43,998 bases of DNA from an uncultured Flavobacteriales bacterium. Its GTDB lineage: Bacteria; Bacteroidota; Bacteroidia; AKYH767-A; 2013-40CM-41-45. The translations under genes were made by a program, and so were the position numbers. Below are positions 8,868-17,043 of this stretch, piece after piece. How positions within the stretch are numbered: the first letter of the stretch is position 1; every line of letters begins with the position of its first letter. The DNA is taken from positions 1 through 43,998 of the forward strand of contig CAZAON010000022.1 in the NCBI GenBank assembly GCA_964486655.1. Reading direction: 5' to 3'. A model generated the notes under the pieces. It made no database searches. It was not told where the DNA came from and saw only the letters and a program-made list of their open reading frames with translations.

Positions 8868-10055
8868 ATGGACAAATCAGAAATTATTGGAATTATCGGC
8901 GCAGGAACAATGGGCAGTGGAATTGCTCACGTAGCTGCAACGGCGGGGCATAAAACCTTGATTTACGATGCTAATTCAGCTGCTATTTCGAAGGCAATAG
9001 ATTCAATAGGCAAATCCTCTCATAAATTAGTTGAAAAAGGAAAAATTACCCAGGAAAAACATCTGGAAGTAATAGACAGAATTTCAATTGCGAAATCATT
9101 AAAGGATTTATCCGAATGTGATCTCATCATCGAAGCAATTGTCGAAAATATTGAAGTCAAGCAAAAAGTTTTTTCTGAACTTGAAGAAGTTGTAAAAGCC
9201 GGTTGCATTCTTGCAACAAATACATCTTCCCTCTCTGTTACAAGTATCGCCGCTTCATGTAAATTATCAGGCCGGGTTGTCGGAATGCATTTTTTTAATC
9301 CGGCTACTTTATTGCCTCTTGTTGAAATCGTACCCGGACTACAAACGGATAAGAATACAGTTACAGCAATTCGCGATATCACCGCCGCCTGGGGGAAAAC
9401 TCCGGTTGTTGCCCGGGACACTCCCGGCTTTATTGTGAACAGAATCGCAAGGCCATACTATGGTGAGTCTATCCGGATTTTAGAAGAACAGTGGAATGGT
9501 ATTCCTTCGGGCGAAGAAGGAATGGCAACTATTGACTGGGCCATGAAGGAACTCGGAGGATTCAAGATGGGTCCGTTTGAACTCATGGATCTCATCGGTA
9601 ATGACGTGAATTACACTGTTACAGAAACTGTTTGGAGACAGTTTTATTTCGATTCCCGTTACCGCCCATCCATTACGCAAAAGAGAATGTATGAAGCGGG
9701 AAGATTCGGAAGAAAGTCAGGCAGGGGATATTATAATTATGCCGAAGGTGCCACAATGCCTGAACCGATAAGAGACAGGGAGTTGGGCGGACAAATATTT
9801 TCAAGAGTTTTAACAATGCTGATTAATGAAGCAGTTGAAGCGCTTTATCTGAATATAGCAAGCCGCGATGATATAGATCTTGCAATGACCAAGGGAGTTA
9901 ATTATCCGAAAGGACTTCTCCGTTGGTGCGATGAAGTAACAGCAGCGAAAATACTCAATAACCTGAATTCACTCCGATTGGATTATGCCGAAGAACGATA
10001 CAGACCTTCTGTGTTGTTGTTGAAGATGGCGAAGGAGGGAAGCAGGTTTTATTGA
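8868..10055 (+). CDS. 3-hydroxyacyl-CoA / 3-hydroxybutyryl-CoA dehydrogenase (PaaH-like)
   Basis: 395 aa with the NAD Rossmann motif IGIIGAGTMGSGIA, the 3HCDH core and an extra C-terminal 3HCDH_C-like repeat. Confidence 0.9.
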   Translation: MDKSEIIGIIGAGTMGSGIAHVAATAGHKTLIYDANSAAISKAIDSIGKSSHKLVEKGKITQEKHLEVIDRISIAKSLKDLSECDLIIEAIVENIEVKQKVFSELEEVVKAGCILATNTSSLSVTSIAASCKLSGRVVGMHFFNPATLLPLVEIVPGLQTDKNTVTAIRDITAAWGKTPVVARDTPGFIVNRIARPYYGESIRILEEQWNGIPSGEEGMATIDWAMKELGGFKMGPFELMDLIGNDVNYTVTETVWRQFYFDSRYRPSITQKRMYEAGRFGRKSGRGYYNYAEGATMPEPIRDRELGGQIFSRVLTMLINEAVEALYLNIASRDDIDLAMTKGVNYPKGLLRWCDEVTAAKILNNLNSLRLDYAEERYRPSVLLLKMAKEGSRFY

Positions 10056-10057
10056 AG

Positions 10058-10075
10058 TCCCGATAGCTATCGGGA
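10058..10075. repeat. 18-bp perfect palindrome tcccgatagctatcggga
   Basis: Read directly from the sequence. It is flanked by ATTGAAG direct repeats at 10051-10057 and 10087-10093. No U-tract follows, so a terminator role is doubtful. Confidence 0.6.
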
Positions 10076-10086
10076 GAAGAATGAAT

Positions 10087-10107
10087 ATTGAAGATTTAAT
10101 ATTGAGG
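10087..10107 (+). repeat. heptamer-phased array ATTGAAG ATTTAAT ATTGAGG
   Basis: 7-nt periodicity read directly. It is the same word family as the array at 1-21. Confidence 0.6.
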
Positions 10108-10138
10108 CGTAACCCGAAACCCGTAACCCGAAACCCGA
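10108..10138 (+). repeat. tandem heptamer array (AACCCGA/AACCCGT)x4 abutting the ATG at 10139
   Basis: cgtaacc cgaaacc cgtaacc cgaaacc cga|ATG. Confidence 0.9.
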
Positions 10139-11659
10139 ATGCCAACAAGTGAAGAATTAAAATCCGCAATTGCCTCAGGGTATTCCTTTAAAGGAGACAG
10201 CATTGTGCTAGGTACTGCAATGTTTAACAAGCAGGCTATACCGCAAACTCTTGTTTCAATTCCTTTAAGCGCGGTGAACAGACACGGACTAATTGCGGGA
10301 GCAACCGGCACAGGTAAAACGAAAACAATACAGCAATTCGCCGAGAATCTTTCTGAAAAAGGGATTCCCTGTCTGATGATGGACATCAAGGGTGACTTAA
10401 GCGGAATTGCAAAACCGGGAACAGAGAATCCGAAAATTACGGATCGTCACAAATTGATCGGTAAGGAATGGAGACCAATACAACTACCTGTAGAGTTAAT
10501 GTCCATCTCCGGTGAAAAAGGCGTTAGACTCCGTGCTACTGTTTCTGAATTCGGTCCGGTTTTATTTTCAAAAATTCTTGAACTCAACGACAACCAGCAG
10601 GGTGCCGTCGCAATCGTTTTTAAATATTGTGATGATAAAAAATTACCGTTACTCGACATAAAAGATTTCAGGCAGGCATTGCAGCATGTTACAAATGACG
10701 GCAAGAGTGAATTGCAGATGTACGGACAGATAAGTTCCGCAACTGCAGGTGTAATCATGCGAAAGTTATTGGAACTTGAACAACAGGGCGCCGATAAATT
10801 TTTCGGAGAAAAATCTTTCGATGTCGAAGATCTTGTCAGAAAGGATAAGAATGGTTTTGGATATCTGAACATAATCAGACTTACTGATATGCAGGATAAG
10901 CCAAAGCTGTTTTCGACTTTCATGCTCTGTCTTTTGGCAGAAGTATATCAGAAATTTCCTGAACTCGGCGATAAAGCAGCTCCGAAGCTAGTCATCTTCA
11001 TTGATGAGGCACATCTCATTTTCCGTGAAGCAACAAAGACAATGATGGATCAGCTGGAGACGGTCATTAAACTCATTCGTTCAAAAGGTGTAGGCATATT
11101 TTTCTGTACACAGATTCCCGGAGATGTACCGGATAAGATATTAAGCCAGCTCGGTTCAAAGTTTCAGCATGCGATGCGTGCCTTCACCGCGAAAGACAGA
11201 AAAGACATTAAACTGGTAGCGGAAAATTATCCGTCCACTGCATTTTATGATACCGACACCCTTCTTACGGAGTTGGGTATCGGCGAAGCAATCATAACTG
11301 TACTCGATGAGAAAGGAGCGCCAACGCCTCTCGCGCATACACTTCTTTGTGCGCCAAGAACACGAATGGACGTCATTACTCCCGAAGAACAGGATCAGAT
11401 CGTAGCATCTTCAGAAATTGCTTCTGAATATAATAAAGTAATCGATCGTGAAAGTGCCTACGAAATGCTGACTAAAAAAATTGTTGCAGCCGCAGATAGT
11501 GAAGAACCTGCTCCTACGGCAAAGGGCAAAGAGGAGAGCGCAGGTATTTCTGATACCATTGCTGCCGTTACCAACAACCCGGTAGTCAAGCAGGTTGCAC
11601 GCGAATTAACGAGAAGTATTTTCGGAATGCTTTTCGGTAAACCAACCAGAAGAAGATGA
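10139..11659 (+). CDS. DUF853 (YjgR-like) HerA/FtsK-type P-loop ATPase
   Basis: 506 aa with Walker A GATGTGKTKT and Walker B LVIFIDEAH. Its stop overlaps the paaI start (ATGA). Confidence 0.85.
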   Translation: MPTSEELKSAIASGYSFKGDSIVLGTAMFNKQAIPQTLVSIPLSAVNRHGLIAGATGTGKTKTIQQFAENLSEKGIPCLMMDIKGDLSGIAKPGTENPKITDRHKLIGKEWRPIQLPVELMSISGEKGVRLRATVSEFGPVLFSKILELNDNQQGAVAIVFKYCDDKKLPLLDIKDFRQALQHVTNDGKSELQMYGQISSATAGVIMRKLLELEQQGADKFFGEKSFDVEDLVRKDKNGFGYLNIIRLTDMQDKPKLFSTFMLCLLAEVYQKFPELGDKAAPKLVIFIDEAHLIFREATKTMMDQLETVIKLIRSKGVGIFFCTQIPGDVPDKILSQLGSKFQHAMRAFTAKDRKDIKLVAENYPSTAFYDTDTLLTELGIGEAIITVLDEKGAPTPLAHTLLCAPRTRMDVITPEEQDQIVASSEIASEYNKVIDRESAYEMLTKKIVAAADSEEPAPTAKGKEESAGISDTIAAVTNNPVVKQVARELTRSIFGMLFGKPTRRR

Positions 11660-12075
11660 GCAATCATTTAAAAGATAAAGAAGTAGTTGATAAGATGATG
11701 TCGGCTGACTGGTTTAGTCAGTGGCTTGGCATCACCGTACTCAATGTCGGCTCCGGCAGCTGTAAGCTTAAAATGACAGTCCGCAAAGAAATGCTGAATG
11801 GTTTCGCCATCGCTCACGGCGGAATCACTTATTCTTTGGCTGATAGTGCACTCGCATTCGCATCAAACAGTCACGGACGAAAGGCAGTTTCGGTAGAGAC
11901 AAGCATTTCGCATACTGTGTCGTTAAAAGAAGGCGATGAAATCACCGCCGAAGCGGAGGAGGTTTCTCTCAGTGAAAAAATCGGAATTTATCATATCACC
12001 GTTCGCAAAGAAGAAAAAGTAGTTGCTTTATTTAAAGGCACGGTTTATCGTACATCAAAATATTGGGAAAAATAA
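11656..12075 (+). CDS. paaI: PaaI-type hotdog-fold acyl-CoA thioesterase
   Basis: 139 aa with the motif NGFAIAHGGITYSLADSALAFA, typical of the PaaI family. Confidence 0.8.
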   Translation: MSNHLKDKEVVDKMMSADWFSQWLGITVLNVGSGSCKLKMTVRKEMLNGFAIAHGGITYSLADSALAFASNSHGRKAVSVETSISHTVSLKEGDEITAEAEEVSLSEKIGIYHITVRKEEKVVALFKGTVYRTSKYWEK

Positions 12076-12077
12076 AA

Positions 12078-13286
12078 ATGAACTCAAACGCATATATAGT
12101 TGACTTTATCCGCACACCGATCGGGAATTTCGCGGGAACACTGGCTTCGGTCCGGACCGATGATCTCGCTGTAATTGTTTTGCGCGAGTTAATGAAAAGA
12201 AATCCGACCGCTGATCCGGCTGCAATCGGTGATGTAATTCTCGGATGTGCTAACCAGGCTGGAGAAGACAACAGGAATGTAGCACGTATGGCATTGCTCA
12301 TGGCCGGATTGCCCATATCTGTTCCGGGCGAAACCGTTAACAGACTGTGCGCATCGGGATTATCGGCCGCAGTTTCTGCAGCACGTGCAATCATGTGTGG
12401 TGATGCCGATCTGATGATTGCAGGCGGAGTTGAAAATATGACGCGTGGTCCGTGGGTGATGTCAAAGACTTCCACTCCTTATGGCCGTGACGCACAATTA
12501 TTCGACAGTAGCTTCGGATGGAGATTCGTTAATCCGAAGATGAAAGAAATGTATGGCACAGCCGCCATGGGCGAAACAGCAGAGAATCTTGCCGAGAGGG
12601 ATCAAATATCGAGGGAGGATCAGGATAAGTTTTCATTGAACAGTCAGCGCAAAGCAAAAGCTGCTTCCGATAAAGGTCGCTTCAAAAAAGAAATTGTTGC
12701 AGTAGAAATTCCAAAGAAGAAAGGCGATCCGCTTATCTTCGACAAGGATGAATTTATAAAGCCTGACAGTACGATTGAAGGATTGTCGAAGCTGAATACA
12801 AGTTTTAAAAAGGGCGGAACTGTAACAGCAGGAAATGCTTCCGGACTGAACGACGGAGCTGCGGCAATATTGCTTGCTTCAGAAGAGGGATTAAAAAAAT
12901 ATAATCTGAAACCGCTGGCGAAAATTATTTCTTCCGCAGTAGTAGGAGTGGAGCCTGACTTTATGGGAATAGGTCCGGTTGAGGCATCGAACAAGGCAAT
13001 CGCCAAAGCCGGATTAAACTGGAATCAGATCGACATCATTGAATTGAATGAGGCCTTCGCTGCTCAGTCGCTTGCATGTATTCGTGCATGGGGATTGCGT
13101 GATGATGATCCGAGAATAAATCCGAATGGCGGTGCAATCGCTCTCGGTCATCCGCTCGGAATGAGTGGTGCACGAATACTAGGAAGCGCAGCACTCGAAT
13201 TGCTTGAACAAAATAAAAAGTATGCACTCGCGACAATGTGTATCGGAGTGGGACAGGGGTTTGCGGTTGTCATAGAAAGATCCTGA
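12078..13286 (+). CDS. acetyl-CoA C-acyltransferase / 3-oxoadipyl-CoA thiolase (PaaJ/PcaF-like)
   Basis: Thiolase motifs NRLCASGL (active Cys), NEAFA and [12 protein letters not shown] prefer the ATG at 12078 over the listed TTG at 12063. Confidence 0.9.
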   Translation: MNSNAYIVDFIRTPIGNFAGTLASVRTDDLAVIVLRELMKRNPTADPAAIGDVILGCANQAGEDNRNVARMALLMAGLPISVPGETVNRLCASGLSAAVSAARAIMCGDADLMIAGGVENMTRGPWVMSKTSTPYGRDAQLFDSSFGWRFVNPKMKEMYGTAAMGETAENLAERDQISREDQDKFSLNSQRKAKAASDKGRFKKEIVAVEIPKKKGDPLIFDKDEFIKPDSTIEGLSKLNTSFKKGGTVTAGNASGLNDGAAAILLASEEGLKKYNLKPLAKIISSAVVGVEPDFMGIGPVEASNKAIAKAGLNWNQIDIIELNEAFAAQSLACIRAWGLRDDDPRINPNGGAIALGHPLGMSGARILGSAALELLEQNKKYALATMCIGVGQGFAVVIERS

Positions 13287-13298
13287 CATTGGGTGCTT

Positions 13299-13370
13299 AA
13301 TTCGAAATTCCATAATTCCAATATTCCAATATTCGATCACATCATTATTCCAAGATTCCATAATTCCAGC
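13299..13370 (+). repeat. tandem octamer array, nine units, consensus ATTCCAAT
   Basis: aattcgaa attccata attccaat attccaat attcgatc acatcatt attccaag attccata attccagc. It starts 12 nt after the thiolase stop. Confidence 0.85.
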
Positions 13371-13421
13371 TTCATAGTGAATTGAATCATTAACTTTCAT
13401 CTAATATCGATTGGGCCTGGC

Positions 13422-13449
13422 AACCCGAAACCCGAAACCCGAAACCCGA
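13422..13449 (+). repeat. tandem heptamer array (AACCCGA)x4
   Basis: Four perfect copies, 42 nt upstream of the ATG at 13492. Confidence 0.95.
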
Positions 13450-13491
13450 AACAAGTTCTTCAACTCTCCTCAGTACAAGCAACCCCAAAAC

Positions 13492-14088
13492 ATGAGCATC
13501 TTCGAATTCAACGGCTACAAACCTGTCATTCATGAATCATCATTCATTCATCCGAATGCGACTGTGACCGGAAATGTTATCATCGGTAAAAATGTATATA
13601 TCGGTCCGGGTGCTGCATTGCGTGGCGATTGGGGCGAAATCGTAATTAAAGATGGTTGTAATGTACAGGAGAATTGTACGGTGCATGTTTTTCCGGGAAT
13701 GACAGTTACTTTAAATGAGAACGCTCATATCGGTCATGGTGCAATTGTGCATGGTGGAAATATTGGCAGGAATTCATTAGTTGGAATGAACTCAGTCATT
13801 ATGGATGGTGCGGAAGTCGGTGATGAATGTATTATAGGAGCGTTAACGTTTGTTCCAGATGGAATGATTATTCCGAATCGCAAAATAGCAGTCGGCAACC
13901 CTGCGAAAATTATTAAGGATGTGACTGATGAAATGATCTTATGGAAGACGAAAGGAACGGAACTTTATCAAAAACTTCCGGCCGAACTTTATGCAACTTT
14001 GAAACCTTGCGAACCTCTTAGAGAAATTCCGGCTGATCGAAGTAAGCAGCAGGAGATTTATAAGACGTGGAAGAGGGAAAGGAATTAA
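13492..14088 (+). CDS. gamma-carbonic-anhydrase-like hexapeptide-repeat protein (PaaY-like)
   Basis: 198 aa from MSIFEFNGYKP, with a left-handed beta-helix hexapeptide pattern. The listed TTG start at 13411 reads through the heptamer array and is rejected. Confidence 0.85.
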   Translation: MSIFEFNGYKPVIHESSFIHPNATVTGNVIIGKNVYIGPGAALRGDWGEIVIKDGCNVQENCTVHVFPGMTVTLNENAHIGHGAIVHGGNIGRNSLVGMNSVIMDGAEVGDECIIGALTFVPDGMIIPNRKIAVGNPAKIIKDVTDEMILWKTKGTELYQKLPAELYATLKPCEPLREIPADRSKQQEIYKTWKRERN

Positions 14089-14102
14089 AAATTACAAATT
14101 AC
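14089..14102 (+). repeat. heptamer doublet AAATTAC AAATTAC directly after the stop codon
   Basis: TAA|aaattacaaattac. Confidence 0.75.
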
Positions 14103-14170
14103 GAGGGCTTTTGTTTAAGTTGGGGTCCATGAAATTTTTACTTCGGATTCGCTCAGCTAAAATAATTTTC

Positions 14171-14184
14171 AATTTGTAATTGTT
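14171..14184 (-). repeat. heptamer doublet AACAATT ACAAATT (minus strand) directly after the stop of the E1 gene
   Basis: The plus strand reads aatttgtaattgtt|tca. It forms an 11-bp inverted repeat with 14090-14100. Confidence 0.7.
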
Positions 14185-16254
14185 TCAGTACGAAAGCACC
14201 CTATCCATCGCAATCTTCACCTTCATCGCATTCGGAATCATCCTCTCTTCCAGAGTTGAATTGAGCGGAATTGCCGGCAGATTTTCTGAGCCGATTACTT
14301 CGACAGGTGCATCTAAGTATTCAAAAAGATTTTTTGAGATAAGTCCGGCAATTGATAATGCAAATGAATTATTCACCGGCTCTTCGGTTACCACGAGGCA
14401 TCTCCCGTGTTTTTTTACGGATGCGAAAATGGTTTCCTGGTCAAGTGGAACGATTGTTCGAAGATCAATAATTTCAATTCTTCCTTCGAAATCTTTCGCT
14501 GCGTTTTTAGCCCAGTAAACTCCCATGCCGTATGTGATGATGCTTAATGTTGGCTTGTCAGACACTTCTGCCGATTGAACGATACGGGCTTTGCCAAACG
14601 GAATGATATAATTTTCATCGGGCTCAATAGTCTTTGCATCTTCAGTGCCTTTTATTTTCGACCAGTATAAACCTTTATGTTCGAGAATCACGCACGGATT
14701 CGGATCGTAGTAAGCAGATTTAATGAGTCCTTTCAGATCGGCGCCGGTTGACGGGTATGCGATTTTTATTCCGCGGATATTCGAAAGCACACTCTCCACG
14801 CTCGAAGAATGGTACGGTCCGCCGCTGCCATAAGCACCGATCGGAACGCGAATGATATTACTCACGGGCCACTTGCCGTTGCTTAAGTAATACGAGCGGC
14901 TGACTTCCGTAAAAAGCTGGTTGAGTCCGGGCCAGATATAATCGGCAAACTGAACTTCGACAATCGGTTTTAATCCGGCCGCACTCATTCCCACAGTACT
15001 TCCAATGATAAATGCTTCCTGTATTGGTGTATTGAACACACGGTCGTCGCCAAATTTTTGAGCAAGTGTGGCAGCTTCGCGAAACACACCTCCTAATCTT
15101 CCGCCAACATCCTGTCCGTACAATAAACATTCTTTGTGTTTCTTCATCAGTTCCTGAACTGCGAATAATGCACAGTCAACCATGAGTGTTTTTTCTTTAC
15201 CCAATGGTTCTCTTTCGCCTTTTTCTTCGGTTACGGGAGTAGGTGCGAAGTCATGAGTAAACAAATCTTCCGGACGAGGATCTTCGGAGCGTACCGCTTT
15301 TTCGAAATCGGCTCGCACCATTGCATTCGCGCGGTCCCAGGCAGAAGAAAGTTCGCTTTCGCTAAAACCTAAATCGGCCAATGCGGAACGGAATTTCGGC
15401 AGCGGATCTCTCTTTTTATGATCTTCGAGGTCATCTCTGTACCATTCGCGTCGAACACCGCTAGTATGATGTGCGAGAAGCGGAACCTTCGCATGAATCA
15501 TAAATGGTCTGCGTTCGGTCCTGATGATATTTATTACTTCACGAATGGTTTCATAAGATGCGAAGAAATCGGTTCCGTCGATCTGACAAACTTCCATGCC
15601 TTTAAATCCTTTTGCATATTCGGCGGCATCCATGGCACGAATCTCTTTTGCACTTGCAGAAATATCCCATTCGTTATCCTGAATGAAATAAAGAATCGGC
15701 ATCTGTTTTAACACAGCCATTTGAAATGCTTCCGCAACTTCTCCTTCCGTTACAGATCCATCACCCATTGAGCAAACTACAATGGGCTTCTCCTTCGTTG
15801 GTTCGTCTAATCCGGTTTTCTCCCTATACTGAATTCCCATGGCGATTCCGGTGGTCGGAATGGCCTGCATGCCCGTTGCGGATGACTGATGAGGAATCTT
15901 GGGCATATCATTACGTCTCAAGGCAGGATGACAGTAGTAAGTTCTTCCGCCTGAAAAAGGATCATCTCTCTTTGCAAGCAATTGCAGCATGAGTTCGAAT
16001 GGTTGTAATCCTATTCCTAAAAGAATGCTGTCATCTCTGTAGTATGCCGACAGAAAATCCTGTGGTTTTAATTGCAATCCTAATGCAAGCTGCACGGCTT
16101 CGTGACCTCGTGAACATGCATGAACATATTTCTGAGTGATCTGTGATTTCTCTTCGAAAAGGTCTGACATCGCACGTGCAGTGCACATGAGTTCAAATGC
16201 TTTCGTGAGCGTATCTTTGGTAAGAGAGTTTGATTTTACGGCATTAGTTTGCAT
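14185..16254 (-). CDS. 2-oxoacid dehydrogenase E1 component, fused alpha/beta subunits (TPP-dependent)
   Basis: 689 aa. The N-terminal half resembles E1 alpha, and the C-terminal half has the transketolase-like pyrimidine-binding and C-terminal domains of E1 beta. Confidence 0.9.
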   Translation of the reverse strand: MQTNAVKSNSLTKDTLTKAFELMCTARAMSDLFEEKSQITQKYVHACSRGHEAVQLALGLQLKPQDFLSAYYRDDSILLGIGLQPFELMLQLLAKRDDPFSGGRTYYCHPALRRNDMPKIPHQSSATGMQAIPTTGIAMGIQYREKTGLDEPTKEKPIVVCSMGDGSVTEGEVAEAFQMAVLKQMPILYFIQDNEWDISASAKEIRAMDAAEYAKGFKGMEVCQIDGTDFFASYETIREVINIIRTERRPFMIHAKVPLLAHHTSGVRREWYRDDLEDHKKRDPLPKFRSALADLGFSESELSSAWDRANAMVRADFEKAVRSEDPRPEDLFTHDFAPTPVTEEKGEREPLGKEKTLMVDCALFAVQELMKKHKECLLYGQDVGGRLGGVFREAATLAQKFGDDRVFNTPIQEAFIIGSTVGMSAAGLKPIVEVQFADYIWPGLNQLFTEVSRSYYLSNGKWPVSNIIRVPIGAYGSGGPYHSSSVESVLSNIRGIKIAYPSTGADLKGLIKSAYYDPNPCVILEHKGLYWSKIKGTEDAKTIEPDENYIIPFGKARIVQSAEVSDKPTLSIITYGMGVYWAKNAAKDFEGRIEIIDLRTIVPLDQETIFASVKKHGRCLVVTEEPVNNSFALSIAGLISKNLFEYLDAPVEVIGSENLPAIPLNSTLEERMIPNAMKVKIAMDRVLSY

Positions 16255-16434
16255 GGCTGCAAACTTACTAAATTGTACTGAGCCGGAGGTTATTTTTACT
16301 CCGTTGAAGATTAAAAATTTGCGTGAATTTGGCTTTTTTTAATACTCAGCAATCAGGGAATTCAGTTTGCTTCACTTTTCAATGAAGTTTGTATTAAGAC
16401 ATTTTCTTATCTTTTCAACTTAAAATATTAATGT

Positions 16435-16920
16435 ATGAAGACAATCAACCAGCGAATGACAGTTGATTTAAAGGGAGACTTTGTTGTTTTTCTATTGGGA
16501 ATGCGCATCAATAATTTCTGGAAGTTTCATAAATGGATGCCGTTAACCGGCTACATGCCTAAGATGTTAAATGAACTTAAAGCAAATCCCGAAAGCGGAT
16601 TTTTAGGTTATGAGATGTATGGAATTATTCCGCCTGTAATCGTTCAGTATTGGAAGTCATTCGAACATCTCGAAGCCTATGCAAAGGACAAATCAGGCCA
16701 GCATTATCCGGCCTGGAAAGATTTTAATACCAGGATACGAAAAGGAGGTGAGGTCGGTATCTGGCATGAAACATATAAAGTAAGAGCAGGTGAGTACGAA
16801 TGTATTTACAATAATATGCCTGTTTATGGCCTTGGAAAAGTTGGAACGTTAGTACCTGCAACCGGTAAAAAGGAATATGCGATAGATAGAATGGGGAATA
16901 AAATTAATTCGGTTAAATGA
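16435..16920 (+). CDS. DUF4188 domain protein
   Basis: 161 aa. The pattern [23 protein letters not shown]...GFLGYE matches my recollection of the DUF4188 family. Confidence 0.7.
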   Translation: MKTINQRMTVDLKGDFVVFLLGMRINNFWKFHKWMPLTGYMPKMLNELKANPESGFLGYEMYGIIPPVIVQYWKSFEHLEAYAKDKSGQHYPAWKDFNTRIRKGGEVGIWHETYKVRAGEYECIYNNMPVYGLGKVGTLVPATGKKEYAIDRMGNKINSVK

Positions 16921-16960
16921 CATAGTGAATTAATTAGTGCAAAATTAACCTTCTCGTTTT

Positions 16961-17010
16961 TTATTTTATCAAATAATTCTCAAAGTGATAAAATAATTTT
17001 AATTTTTTTT
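16961..17010 (+). terminator. AT-rich rho-independent terminator
   Basis: 11-bp perfect stem ttattttatca / tgataaaataa with a 14-nt loop, followed by ttttaatttttttt. Confidence 0.55.
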
Positions 17011-17043
17011 CGATTTGATAGGTATCGTTCTAAAAATTTTACC

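Noticed and set aside
13411-13491. N-terminal extension of the paaY-like ORF (MGLATRNPKPETRNKFF...) from a TTG start
   Set aside because: The extension is just the translated (AACCCGA)4 array. The homologous protein begins at MSIFEFNGYKP (ATG 13492).
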